Shown: positions 46,608 through 56,164 of the stretch, in pieces
Layout: each line of letters starts with the position of its first letter
How positions within the stretch are numbered: the first letter of the stretch is position 1
Assembly: GCA_020632535.1 (NCBI GenBank)
Contig: JACKFJ010000006.1
Coordinates: 28,866 to 92,865 of the forward strand
Direction: 5' to 3'
Source of the DNA: Candidatus Omnitrophota bacterium
GTDB taxonomy: Bacteria; Omnitrophota; Gorgyraeia; Zapsychrales; JANLHA01
DNA: 64,000 bases
The notes under the pieces: model-generated
Told to the model about the DNA's origin: nothing
Databases searched by the model: none
Seen by the model: the letters and a program-made list of their open reading frames with translations, nothing else
Made by a program: the position numbers and the translations under genes

Positions 46608-47452
46608 TTCACAAACTCCATCGAAAAGTCGACAGCCGGTACAGAATGTGTTAATTGTCCGATCGAAATACGATTAACGCCGGTTTTTGCGATGTGGGCA
46701 ATTGTTTTTAAATTCACACCGCCGGAAGCTTCAAGAAGGACTTTGCTGCGATTTCTTTTTTTGATTTGAACAGCTTTTTTAATTTGTGCGGTATTCATAT
46801 TGTCGAGAAGAATAATGTCGGGTTTACTTGCTAGTGCTTTTTGAAATTGGTTAAGCGTATCGACTTCGATTTCAACTTTTTTATTTGTTTTACGGCGGAC
46901 TTGCTTGACAATATCGGCGAAATCTTGGGTTTTTTGGGAAAGAAGATGATTGTCTTTGATAAGAATCATGTCACTTAAGTCGTGACGATGATTGCTCCCT
47001 CCCCCACAAAAGACGGCATATTTTTCTAAATCTCGTAAGCCGGGTGTTGTTTTGCGCGTATCGAGGATTTGGACTTTGACATTATTAGCCGCTTTAACAA
47101 ATTGCAATGTCAGCGTCGAAATGCCTGAAAGATGCGCGAGAAAATTTAAAACAACGCGCTCGCAGGAAAGGATAGAGCGTGTACTGCCTTTGATGAAAAT
47201 GATTGGCTCATTGTGCCTAATCATGTTGCCGTCTTTATGATAGGGATAAACAGTAACACGCGGATCAAATATTTTAAAGATTCTTTGAATGAGCGCGGTC
47301 CCGCAGAGTACGGCATTTTGACGGCTAATGATGTAGGCTTCTGATTTTTGTGCCTTATCAACGAGGACATGAGTTGTGATGTCATGCTTGGCACAATCTT
47401 CATCAAGAGCGATACGGATTATGCGGTCGATGACTTGATTTGATAACTTCAT
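46604..47452 (-). CDS. nadC: nicotinate-nucleotide diphosphorylase (carboxylating)
   Basis: QPRTase pattern DTRKTTPG.R..EKYAV..GGG.NHR..L.D..LIKDNH, with a C-terminal SGG..L..I...A.TGV..IS.G. Confidence 0.9.
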   Translation of the reverse strand: MKLSNQVIDRIIRIALDEDCAKHDITTHVLVDKAQKSEAYIISRQNAVLCGTALIQRIFKIFDPRVTVYPYHKDGNMIRHNEPIIFIKGSTRSILSCERVVLNFLAHLSGISTLTLQFVKAANNVKVQILDTRKTTPGLRDLEKYAVFCGGGSNHRHDLSDMILIKDNHLLSQKTQDFADIVKQVRRKTNKKVEIEVDTLNQFQKALASKPDIILLDNMNTAQIKKAVQIKKRNRSKVLLEASGGVNLKTIAHIAKTGVNRISIGQLTHSVPAVDFSMEFVK

Positions 47453-50124
47453 TGTAAATTTTTCAAAACTTCCTGTAGTTCCTTGGTTTCTTGAATAAGA
47501 ACGATAAGGCGCGCCTGCTCTTTTTCGATAACGTCGGCAGGAGCTTTGCTGACAAAAGATTCATTCTTTAAACGTTGCGATATTCCTGCCGCGGATTTTT
47601 CTTTAAGCATAATTTCGTGCTGCATTTTTGCTTTCTCTTTTGCAAGGTCAACGAGTTCACCTAAAGGAATTGTAAATTTTATCGGTTGTCCCCCTGTTGA
47701 GCTGACAACTCCCGATGCGGCATCTTTATGCGTGGGAAGTTTGTCATGGAGTTGAAAATTTTTTAATTTTAAGAACGAAGTGAGAGTTTCACTGTTGTCT
47801 TTCAACAGCGTTTTGCTGTAAGAGTCGACGGCCGCGAAATAGCATTCGATTTCTTCCTGAGGCTTGATATGCCATTGCGAACGAATATTACGGATAACGG
47901 AAACCAGATTGATCAAAGTGTCCATTTGGTCAATTGCCGCAACGTTTAGAAATTCGCTTTTTGTTTTCGGCCAACTGTCTAGGGAAAGCGGGATATCATT
48001 TTCGGTTAAATTTTCCCAAAGTTCCTCAGTGACAAATGGCATAAAAGGATGAATCATGCGCAGCGATTCTTTTAAAATAAAGAATGCGGTTTGTTGGACT
48101 TTGTCATCGGAGAATTTGTTTTTACTGATTTCCAGAAACCAGTCGCAGTAATTTTTCCAGAAGAAATCATAAATCAGATTTTCGGCTTCGGAAAAACGGT
48201 AACCTTCAATTGCGGTATTGACTTCTGTTAAGGTTGTATAAAATTTGGAAATGATCCATTGTGAAGCAAGGTCGTTTGTTTGCGGCGGTGCGCTAATTTT
48301 TCTGTTCTCTGGCTTGGTGTTGATCAAAATTAAACGCGAAGCATTCCAGATTTTATTGGCGAAGTTGCGGCCGCCTTCGAATTTTTCCTTTGAGATAAAA
48401 AGATCTTGCCCAGAATTCATGATCAGGCTAAAGCGTAAAGCATCGGCGCCGTATTCAGCGATGATTTCCAGTGGGTCGAGAGCGTTGCCGAGAGATTTGG
48501 ACATTTTTCTGCCCTTTGCGTCACGGACAGTGCCGTGGATGTAAACGTCCTTGAATGGGGCTTCGCCCATGAATTCATAACCTGCCATGACCATGCGACT
48601 GACCCAGAAGAAAATAATTTCGGACGCGGTAAAAAGTGAATTGGTAGGATAAAAATATTTCAAATCATCATTACGAGAAACTGCCTTTTGTGACGAAGCA
48701 ATCTCGTTAAAAGTATTTCCCGGCCATCCGAATGTCGCAAACGGCCATAACCATGACGAGAACCATGTATCAAGAACGTCTTCATCCTGCTTTAAATCTT
48801 TTGAATGACAATGAGGACATTCCGTCGGTATTGTTTCGCTGACAATTGGGTGGTCTTCACATGTTCCACAATACCACACTGGTATGCGATGTCCCCACCA
48901 GATTTGACGCGAAATGCACCAGTCGCGAATTCCTTCCATCCAGTTGATATAAACTTTTGTCCAGCGATCGGGATAAAACTTGATTGTGCCATCGACAACC
49001 GCTTTGAGCGCGGGCTTAGCGAGCGGCTTCATATTTACAAACCATTGTTTGGAAAGATAGGGTTCTACGACAGTGTTGCAGCGATAGCAATGTCCCACTG
49101 CGTGTATGTGCGGTTCAATTTTCTCAATTAGTTCTAAATTCTTAAGTGTGTCAATAACAGCTTTGCGTCCATCGAAACGGTCGAGGCCTTCGAATTTTCC
49201 GGCTTCTTTATTTAACTTTGCATCGGGATGCATGATATTAATAAATTCCAAATTGTGCCGCGTTCCCATTGTGAAGTCATTGGGATCATGCGCCGGTGTA
49301 ACTTTAACCGCGCCACTTCCAAAAGCGGGATCGACAAGCTCATCGGCAATAATTTTAATTTCGCGGCCAATGATTGGAAGCACGAGGATTTTGCCGATCA
49401 AATCTTGATAACGTTTATCCGCAGGATTAACGGCAACGGCGGTATCACCGAGCATGGTCTCAGGTCGTGTTGTTGCCACGGTGACAAAATGATTTGGAAT
49501 ATCTTTGAATGGATATTTGATGTGATACAGGTTGCCTTGTGTGTCCTTATGTTCGGCTTCCTCATCGGAGAGCGCGGTTTGGCAACGTGGGCACCAATTG
49601 ATAATATATTTGCCGCGATAGATTAAGTTCTTTTTATAAAGTTCGACAAAGACATGCTTGACCGCTTGACTATAACCGTCGTCCATCGTAAAACGCAAAC
49701 GATCCCAGTCGCAGGAGCTGCCAAGTTTTTTGAGTTGATTGATAATTGTGCCGCCATAATCTTCCTTCCAAGCCCAAAGGCGATTGAGCATTTCATCGCG
49801 GCCGATGTCGTAGCGGGTTTTTCCTTCTTTGGCGAGCTGTTTTTCGACGACATTCTGCGTGGCGATACCAGCGTGATCTGTTCCTACCATCCAGCACGTT
49901 TCAAAACCATTCATGCGTTTGTACCGTGCCATGATGTCTTGCAAAGTATTATTTAAGCCGTGGCCCATGTGCAGAATCCCCGTCACATTTGGCGGTGGAA
50001 TGACAATGGTGTACGGCTTTTTGTCGGGCTTAGGCGTCGCATGGAAAGTGTGATTATCTTCCCAGTACTTGCACCATTTAGCCTCGACTTCAGTAAAATT
50101 AAAACGTGGTGGCAGTTTAGGCAT
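47449..50124 (-). CDS. valS: valine--tRNA ligase
   Basis: 891 aa. PPPNVTGILHMGH (HIGH), KMSKS, and a C-terminal coiled coil. Confidence 0.97.
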   Translation of the reverse strand: MPKLPPRFNFTEVEAKWCKYWEDNHTFHATPKPDKKPYTIVIPPPNVTGILHMGHGLNNTLQDIMARYKRMNGFETCWMVGTDHAGIATQNVVEKQLAKEGKTRYDIGRDEMLNRLWAWKEDYGGTIINQLKKLGSSCDWDRLRFTMDDGYSQAVKHVFVELYKKNLIYRGKYIINWCPRCQTALSDEEAEHKDTQGNLYHIKYPFKDIPNHFVTVATTRPETMLGDTAVAVNPADKRYQDLIGKILVLPIIGREIKIIADELVDPAFGSGAVKVTPAHDPNDFTMGTRHNLEFINIMHPDAKLNKEAGKFEGLDRFDGRKAVIDTLKNLELIEKIEPHIHAVGHCYRCNTVVEPYLSKQWFVNMKPLAKPALKAVVDGTIKFYPDRWTKVYINWMEGIRDWCISRQIWWGHRIPVWYCGTCEDHPIVSETIPTECPHCHSKDLKQDEDVLDTWFSSWLWPFATFGWPGNTFNEIASSQKAVSRNDDLKYFYPTNSLFTASEIIFFWVSRMVMAGYEFMGEAPFKDVYIHGTVRDAKGRKMSKSLGNALDPLEIIAEYGADALRFSLIMNSGQDLFISKEKFEGGRNFANKIWNASRLILINTKPENRKISAPPQTNDLASQWIISKFYTTLTEVNTAIEGYRFSEAENLIYDFFWKNYCDWFLEISKNKFSDDKVQQTAFFILKESLRMIHPFMPFVTEELWENLTENDIPLSLDSWPKTKSEFLNVAAIDQMDTLINLVSVIRNIRSQWHIKPQEEIECYFAAVDSYSKTLLKDNSETLTSFLKLKNFQLHDKLPTHKDAASGVVSSTGGQPIKFTIPLGELVDLAKEKAKMQHEIMLKEKSAAGISQRLKNESFVSKAPADVIEKEQARLIVLIQETKELQEVLKNLQ

Positions 50125-50129
50125 GCGAC

Positions 50130-51704
50130 TTAAGTTTTCTTATCTTTTAAAAGTTTATATTCGATGGAGTCCGTCAAAGCTTCCCAACTGGCCTCAATGA
50201 TGTTTTCGTGCACGCCCATTGTCGTCCACGAATCATGTTCATCCTGCGATTCAACGAGAACGCGCACTTTTGCTGCCGTGCCTTCTTTGGAATCCAGAAC
50301 GCGCACTTTATAATCAACCAAATGCATTTGCGAAAGGCTAGGGTATGTCTTTGCTAAGGCCTTGCGCGCGGCTTTGTCGAGCGCGTCGACTGGACCATCA
50401 CCGACAGCTGTCGCGTCTTCACCTTTATCATCTGTTAAATTCAAATGGACAAATGCTTCCGCTTTTACACTGCCATCAGCTTGTTTTTCTGTCGTGACTT
50501 TGAAAGTTTTGAGCGTAAAAAATGGCGTATATTTTTTGAGTGAACGCTTCATGAAGAGTTCAAAGGAAGCGTCAGCGGCTTCAAATTGATAGCCTTCGTG
50601 CTCCATGTTTTGGAGTTTTCTCAAAAGGTCCTGCGTTTCTGGAGATTTTTTATCTAGGTCAATATCCAGTTTTTTGGCTTTTAAAATAATTGGCATCTTC
50701 CCTGCCAGTTCCGACGTGACAAAACGGCGGTGATTTCCGACGAGAGATGGATCAATATGTTCATAGGCTAGCGGATTTTTTAACATCGCGTCGATGTGCA
50801 CGCCGCCTTTATGAGCGAACGCGGAATGTCCCACAAAAGCGTGATTATCGGGAAGTTTGACATTGCTGATTTCGCTGATGAAATAACATGTTTCGGTTAA
50901 AAGTGTGACCTTAGCTTCCGGGAGCGATTTGCGTTTCATTTTGGTTTGTAAGATTCCGACGATAGTGCCGAGATCCGCGTTGCCGCAGCGTTCCCCGAGA
51001 CCGTTAAATGTTCCTTGCACGTGCATAGCTCCCTCTTCGATAGCCGCGATGGAATTCGCTACAGCCATTGCCATGTCATCATGTGTGTGTATGCCTAAAG
51101 GGGTCTTAATTTTTGTCTTTATTTCGTTGACGATTTTTCGCACTTCCGATGGCAAAGTCCCGCCATTGGTGTCGCAAAGCACAATACAATCCGCGTTTGC
51201 TTTTTCTGCGGCGAGAATCGTTTTTAATGCGTATTGAGGATTGCGCTTGTATCCGTCAAAAAAATGCTCAGCGTCGTAAAAGACTTCTTTATTTTTCTTT
51301 TTTAAGAAATCAACTGATTCAAAAATCATTTTGAGGTTCTCTTCCAAAGTCGTCTTGATGATATCGGTCACATGCAAGTCCGAGCTTTTTCCAAAGATTG
51401 TCACCGTTGGAGTGTCGGATTTGATGAGTTCTTGTAAGTTCGTATCATCTTCCGCTTTGATGTTGGCGCGACGTGTCGAACCAAAAGCGGCGATTTTGGC
51501 ATTTTTTAGTTTTTTATTCTTTACTGCGAGAAAATAATCGCGATCCTTCGGGTTCGACCCCGGCCAACCTCCCTCGATATAATGCACACCGAGATTGTCG
51601 AGCTTTTCCGTGATTTTAAGTTTGTCATTGACGGTAAAAGATATGCCCTCGGTTTGTGAACCGTCGCGAAGGGTTGTATCGTATATGACAATATTTTGTG
51701 ACAT
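50130..51704 (-). CDS. cimA: citramalate synthase (LeuA/CimA family)
   Basis: IYDTTLRDGSQ, HTHDD, and a LeuA-dimer-like C-terminal domain. The 524-aa length is typical of CimA. Confidence 0.8.
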   Translation of the reverse strand: MSQNIVIYDTTLRDGSQTEGISFTVNDKLKITEKLDNLGVHYIEGGWPGSNPKDRDYFLAVKNKKLKNAKIAAFGSTRRANIKAEDDTNLQELIKSDTPTVTIFGKSSDLHVTDIIKTTLEENLKMIFESVDFLKKKNKEVFYDAEHFFDGYKRNPQYALKTILAAEKANADCIVLCDTNGGTLPSEVRKIVNEIKTKIKTPLGIHTHDDMAMAVANSIAAIEEGAMHVQGTFNGLGERCGNADLGTIVGILQTKMKRKSLPEAKVTLLTETCYFISEISNVKLPDNHAFVGHSAFAHKGGVHIDAMLKNPLAYEHIDPSLVGNHRRFVTSELAGKMPIILKAKKLDIDLDKKSPETQDLLRKLQNMEHEGYQFEAADASFELFMKRSLKKYTPFFTLKTFKVTTEKQADGSVKAEAFVHLNLTDDKGEDATAVGDGPVDALDKAARKALAKTYPSLSQMHLVDYKVRVLDSKEGTAAKVRVLVESQDEHDSWTTMGVHENIIEASWEALTDSIEYKLLKDKKT

Positions 51705-51727
51705 TTGTATTTCCTTTCAAAAAAATT

Positions 51728-51800
51728 GTCATCCCCGAATGCTTTAATCGGGGATCCATATCTTTAAAGTGGATTCCCGCTAAGAGATTGCGGGAATGAC
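51728..51800. repeat. double-hairpin intergenic repeat (family A, copy 1)
   Basis: gtcatccccga-atgctttaa-tcggggatcc, then 13 nt, then ggattcccgc-taagagatt-gcgggaatgac. The same two-hairpin architecture occurs inverted at 61478-61543. Confidence 0.85.
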
Positions 51801-51806
51801 AGAAAA

Positions 51807-53027
51807 TTATCCTTCCAAGCTAAACGCTTTATGTAATGCTTTAACTGCCCTTTCAGCCTGACTTTGATCGATGATACAAGAAACGCTGATGTCCGACGTT
51901 GTGATCATTTCAATGTTGACTTCATTTTCTGCCAATGTTTGAAACATTTTTGCCGCGACACCGCGGTGGGAGCGCATGCCCGACCCGACGATGGAAATAC
52001 GGGCGACATTTTTATCGTGGAGCACATCTCCCGCTTTGAGTTTTTCAGCAATGGATTGCGACGCTTTAATCGCTTTGGTTAAATCTGTTTTTAACACTGT
52101 AAACGAAATATCGGTCTGTCGGGTATGGCTGACGTTTTGAACAATGGTGTCAACGCTGACGCCCGCTTTTGAAATTTGTGTAAATATTTCTGCGGCCACG
52201 CCGGGCTTATCTTGGACACCGCAAATGGTAATTTTGGCCTCGGCTTTGTTACAGGTGATCCCGCTGACGGCTAAGTCTTCGAGTTTTTGGGTATTTTTGA
52301 CAATCATGGTTCCCTCCTCTTTAGAAAAACTTGATCGAACATGCAAAGGTATATTGAATCGGCGCGCGACTTCAATTGAACGTGGCTGCATAACTTGAGC
52401 GCCTAAGGATGCCATTTCTAGCATTTCATCAAATGTGATTTCTTTAATCTTTTGTGCTTCACGAACAATGCGCGGGTCAGTTGTATAAATGCCTTCAACG
52501 TCGGTAAAAATTTCACAAACTTGTGCTTTTAAAGCCATGGCGAGCGCGACGGCGGTTAAGTCGGAACCACCGCGTCCTAGCGTTGTGATTTCATTATTTT
52601 TGGTCACACCTTGAAAACCAGCGACAATAACAATTTTATTTTCTTTGAGTGCTTTGCGAATGCTGCGCGCGCTGATATTTTGAATCTTGGCTTTGGTATG
52701 GATGTCATCGGTCAAAATACCGACTTGCGCTCCGGTAAAAGAAATGGCATCATGTCCGAGTTCTTGAATAGCCATTGCCACTAAGGCGGAAGAAATTTGT
52801 TCACCCGTCGACATTAGCATATCCATTTCGCGTTCTGGCGGATGCTCCGAAATCTTTGCGGCAAGGTCAACGAGATCATCGGTGGTGTCACCCAAAGCGG
52901 AAACGACCACGACGATATTATTTCTTTTCGTTTTGGACTCAAGAATTCTTTGCGCGACTACTTTGATGCGGTCGATATTAGCGACGGAAGAACCGCCGAA
53001 TTTTTGCACAATGATCGGTTTTGCCAT
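51807..53027 (-). CDS. lysC: aspartate kinase
   Basis: IVQKFGGSSV. Two C-terminal ACT domains. 406 aa. Confidence 0.95.
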   Translation of the reverse strand: MAKPIIVQKFGGSSVANIDRIKVVAQRILESKTKRNNIVVVVSALGDTTDDLVDLAAKISEHPPEREMDMLMSTGEQISSALVAMAIQELGHDAISFTGAQVGILTDDIHTKAKIQNISARSIRKALKENKIVIVAGFQGVTKNNEITTLGRGGSDLTAVALAMALKAQVCEIFTDVEGIYTTDPRIVREAQKIKEITFDEMLEMASLGAQVMQPRSIEVARRFNIPLHVRSSFSKEEGTMIVKNTQKLEDLAVSGITCNKAEAKITICGVQDKPGVAAEIFTQISKAGVSVDTIVQNVSHTRQTDISFTVLKTDLTKAIKASQSIAEKLKAGDVLHDKNVARISIVGSGMRSHRGVAAKMFQTLAENEVNIEMITTSDISVSCIIDQSQAERAVKALHKAFSLEG

Positions 53028-53074
53028 TTTGTACTTCTTCTCCTCTCCCTAAATGTAAGAATCAATATTTTATA

Positions 53075-53190
53075 CAGAATTGCGGTAATGTCACTGGCGA
53101 GTTTGGCGAGCCTCGAGAGGCGAGTCCCTTTTGGGACGAGCCGATAGAGCGCGAGACATTGTCTGAGCCAGGGATATTACCGCAATTCTG
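53075..53190. repeat. 116-bp palindromic intergenic element (family C, copy 1)
   Basis: Terminal inverted repeat cagaattgcggtaat / attaccgcaattctg. The core shares 20/20 nt and about 29/31 nt with the inverted copy at 59337-59433. Confidence 0.85.
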
Positions 53191-54393
53191 TTATAAATTT
53201 TTCCGCATAAAATATTCCATAAATTCTTCACCGTTTTTGAACTTAAGTCCGTGTGCTTTACAACCTGATTCGGTATAATTCTCTGATCCGTCAGGAGTAA
53301 TCCCTTTTCCGAACATGACAAATCCGACAGGCTCGCGAGTGTGGGTGCGCAATTTGACCGGAGTCGGATGATCAGGCAAAATCACAATACGCACATCAGC
53401 GGTCTTTTCAAAATGATTAATAATTGGACCGACAATTTCGCGGTCAATGTGTTCAATGCAATGAATCTTTGCTTTATAATCACCATTGTGTCCAGCTTCA
53501 TCGGGTCCTTCAATATGAATAAAAACAAAATCTTTTGTTTTTAAGGATTCAATTGCGTATTGGGCTTTGCCTGAATAATTGGTGTCGTAATAACCGGTAA
53601 TACCGGGAACTTTTAGAACTTCTAAACCTGCCAGACGGCCAATGCCGTTGACCAAATCAACAGCCGAAATGATTGATCCTTGCACTCCAAATTTATCATG
53701 AAAAAACGGCAAATTGGGTTTGATTCCCTGTCCCCACAGCCAAATACGATTAGCGGGATTTTCTTTCAAATCCACGCGGACATTATTGATCGGATGATCC
53801 GCGAGCACGCGGGCGGCTTTTTCCATGTATTTTAAAAGTGGTGTTGCCGCTGGCTCCATTGGCAAATATTTCTTAATGTTTTGGTTGATAATGTCATGCG
53901 GTGGAACGCATTTGATTTTCATCATGTCTTTGACGTTACGAACCTTCATGACTAAAAGATGCCGATAACCTTGTCCGGGATAAAATTTGATATCCGGTTC
54001 GGCAATTTTTTCATTTAAAGCTGCGATCAGTTCGCTGGCTTCCGCTGTTGAAATATGGCCCGCGCTATAATCCGCCATTTTATCGTTGATGATCGTAACC
54101 AAGTTGCAGCGAAACGCGATTTCATCCGGTTGTAATTCAATCCCTAAGTTGGCCGCTTCTAGAGGTGCGCGTCCTGTAAAATATTGTTCCGGGCTGTATC
54201 CCATTAAGGAAAGGTTCCCGATTTCCGAGCCCGGTTTAAAATTGTCCGGGATGGTTTTGATTAAACCCGTCATACCGTGTTGCGCCAAGTAATCCATATT
54301 GGTGCGATGCGAAGACTCGAGTGGTGTTTTATTTCCGAGGTCTTCTAGTGGAGTGTCGGCCATACCGTCGGGGACAATTACGATATACTTCAT
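53191..54393 (-). CDS. cofactor-independent phosphoglycerate mutase-like protein (ApgM/COG3635 family); candidate non-canonical homoserine kinase
   Basis: [25 protein letters not shown].. is the metalloenzyme-superfamily N-terminus. The gene is embedded between lysC and coaB-thrC-hom, and no thrB is present. Confidence 0.8.
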   Translation of the reverse strand: MKYIVIVPDGMADTPLEDLGNKTPLESSHRTNMDYLAQHGMTGLIKTIPDNFKPGSEIGNLSLMGYSPEQYFTGRAPLEAANLGIELQPDEIAFRCNLVTIINDKMADYSAGHISTAEASELIAALNEKIAEPDIKFYPGQGYRHLLVMKVRNVKDMMKIKCVPPHDIINQNIKKYLPMEPAATPLLKYMEKAARVLADHPINNVRVDLKENPANRIWLWGQGIKPNLPFFHDKFGVQGSIISAVDLVNGIGRLAGLEVLKVPGITGYYDTNYSGKAQYAIESLKTKDFVFIHIEGPDEAGHNGDYKAKIHCIEHIDREIVGPIINHFEKTADVRIVILPDHPTPVKLRTHTREPVGFVMFGKGITPDGSENYTESGCKAHGLKFKNGEEFMEYFMRKNL

Positions 54394-55031
54394 AGGAGTT
54401 TCCTTATTGTTTTGATCAGTTTCTTTGTCAATTCAGATCGTGAATGTGAAATGTTTAGGATTTTCTTTTCTGGATTTACCAGATACGCTTTATATCCGCC
54501 TTTTAAAGTATTGGCAACAACCAAATCACATTTTGAACCAGATATGAGCTTTTGAACTTCAGTGATGATTTGCTTTGTATTTTTGAAATCTTCGAGTTTA
54601 AAACCGACTAAAAACGATTTTGGCGCGAATCTCTTGATTGTTGTGATGAGCTTAGCTGTCGCAACAAGCTTGAGCGTCAAAGTTTTTTTATGAGAACCAA
54701 GTTTTGCCTTAAAGGGTGTCTTTAATTCATAATCAGAAACCGCGGCATTGTGAATAACAACATCATACTTTTTTTTAAGTTCATTCTTTAAAAGAGCTGC
54801 GAGTTCGTGATAAAAGGAAAATTCTTTAACGTGAATATCTTTTGCATCAAGCCGTTTGTTGACTTGACCTTGCAGCAGAGTGACTTTTGCGCCAGCTTGA
54901 TGCAATTTGGTCGCGAGTTTATGTCCAAGTTCACCGCTAGCACGATTGCTGATCACTCGCATCGGGTCAATCGCAATCCACGTCGGGCCGCTCGTAATGA
55001 GAACCCGTTTCCCTTTTAGTGACTTCATCAC
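54390..55031 (-). CDS. coaB: stand-alone phosphopantothenate--cysteine ligase (CoaB domain)
   Basis: [32 protein letters not shown] aligns to the CoaB half of Dfp. At 213 aa there is no CoaC flavoprotein domain. Confidence 0.8.
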   Translation of the reverse strand: MMKSLKGKRVLITSGPTWIAIDPMRVISNRASGELGHKLATKLHQAGAKVTLLQGQVNKRLDAKDIHVKEFSFYHELAALLKNELKKKYDVVIHNAAVSDYELKTPFKAKLGSHKKTLTLKLVATAKLITTIKRFAPKSFLVGFKLEDFKNTKQIITEVQKLISGSKCDLVVANTLKGGYKAYLVNPEKKILNISHSRSELTKKLIKTIRKLL

Positions 55032-56077
55032 AGACCGACTTCTTTTAAAATATCTTTGATATCAGGATTGAGCGTGACGGGTTGGCCGACATTTTTAATC
55101 GCGATATTCGGGTCTTTGAGGCCGTGACCAGTCAAAGTACAGACGATGCGACCGCCTTTGAAATCTTTAAAATATCCCTGAGCCTTGAGTTTTAAAATTC
55201 CTGCGACAGGCGCGGCTGACGCTGGTTCAGCAAAAACGCCGCCGTTAGCTAACCGTTTATATGCTGATAAAATTTCTTCATCTGTCACTGAATCTATTAA
55301 GCCGCTTGATTCATCGCGGGCCGCTAGAGCCGGTTTCCAGCTCGCGGGATTACCGATACGAATTGCGGTGGCAAGTGTTTCTGGTTTTTCAACGGCATGT
55401 CCTAAAACAATTGGCGCGGATCCTGCGGCTTGAAAGCCAAGCATTTTTGGTAAAGTTTTTGATTTTCCTGCGGTGTGATATTCCTTATATCCTTTCCAGT
55501 ACGCTGTGATATTGCCAGCATTTCCGACGGGAATGGCATGAAAATCCGGCGCATCGTTTAAACTGTCGCACACTTCAAAAGCGCCACTTTTTTGACCTTC
55601 GATACGAAAAGGATTCAGTGAATTGACAAGTTCTATGGGATATTTTTCAGTAATTGCTTTGACCAAATTTAAGGCATCGTCAAAGTTGCCGCGTATCGCG
55701 ATGACTTTGGCATTGTGAATCATGGCTTGGCTGAGTTTTCCTAAAGCGATATTGCCGTCGGGAATAAGCACCGCGCATTTGAGTCCGCATTTAGCCGCGT
55801 ACGCTGCTGCCGACGCGGAAGTATTTCCCGTCGACGCGCACATGACGGTCGTGGCCCCTTTTTCCTTAGCTTTGGAAATGGCCATTGTCATCCCACGGTC
55901 TTTAAATGAACCTGTGGGATTAAGCCCCTCATATTTTAGATAGACTTTCAGCCCAATCTCCTCGGAAAGATCTTCGGAGAAAATGAGCGGCGTATTGCCT
56001 TCATTTAAAGTTACGACGGGAGTTTTCGCCGTGACCGGCAAAAAGTCGCGATACTTTTCGATAATTCCCTTGTACAT
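55028..56077 (-). CDS. thrC: threonine synthase
   Basis: PLP-Lys motif [21 protein letters not shown]. 349 aa. Confidence 0.95.
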   Translation of the reverse strand: MYKGIIEKYRDFLPVTAKTPVVTLNEGNTPLIFSEDLSEEIGLKVYLKYEGLNPTGSFKDRGMTMAISKAKEKGATTVMCASTGNTSASAAAYAAKCGLKCAVLIPDGNIALGKLSQAMIHNAKVIAIRGNFDDALNLVKAITEKYPIELVNSLNPFRIEGQKSGAFEVCDSLNDAPDFHAIPVGNAGNITAYWKGYKEYHTAGKSKTLPKMLGFQAAGSAPIVLGHAVEKPETLATAIRIGNPASWKPALAARDESSGLIDSVTDEEILSAYKRLANGGVFAEPASAAPVAGILKLKAQGYFKDFKGGRIVCTLTGHGLKDPNIAIKNVGQPVTLNPDIKDILKEVGL

Positions 56078-56117
56078 AATTATTTACTTTCGATTTTTAT
56101 AGGAGAATTATTTTAGA

Positions 56118-56146
56118 GATCCCCGCTAAAAGATTGCGGGGATGAC
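56118..56146. repeat. single hairpin repeat (family A, copy 2)
   Basis: gatccccgc-taaaagatt-gcggggatgac. The stem differs from the 51771 copy by a compensatory pair. Confidence 0.8.
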
Positions 56147-56164
56147 ATTTTATTTAGATTATTT

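Noticed and set aside
50125-50129. Looked for a T-box or leader upstream of valS and for riboswitches upstream of lysC, cimA and thrC
   Set aside because: valS starts 5 nt after the cimA stop, so there is no room for a leader. The gaps before lysC, cimA and thrC are occupied by the hairpin repeats, and I could not recognise lysine, T-box or SAM riboswitch cores.
53021-53321. ORFs 53021-53278 (+), 52842-53147 (+) and 53091-53321 (-)
   Set aside because: They run through the family C palindromic repeat and into neighbouring real genes in antisense, so they are explained by the repeat.
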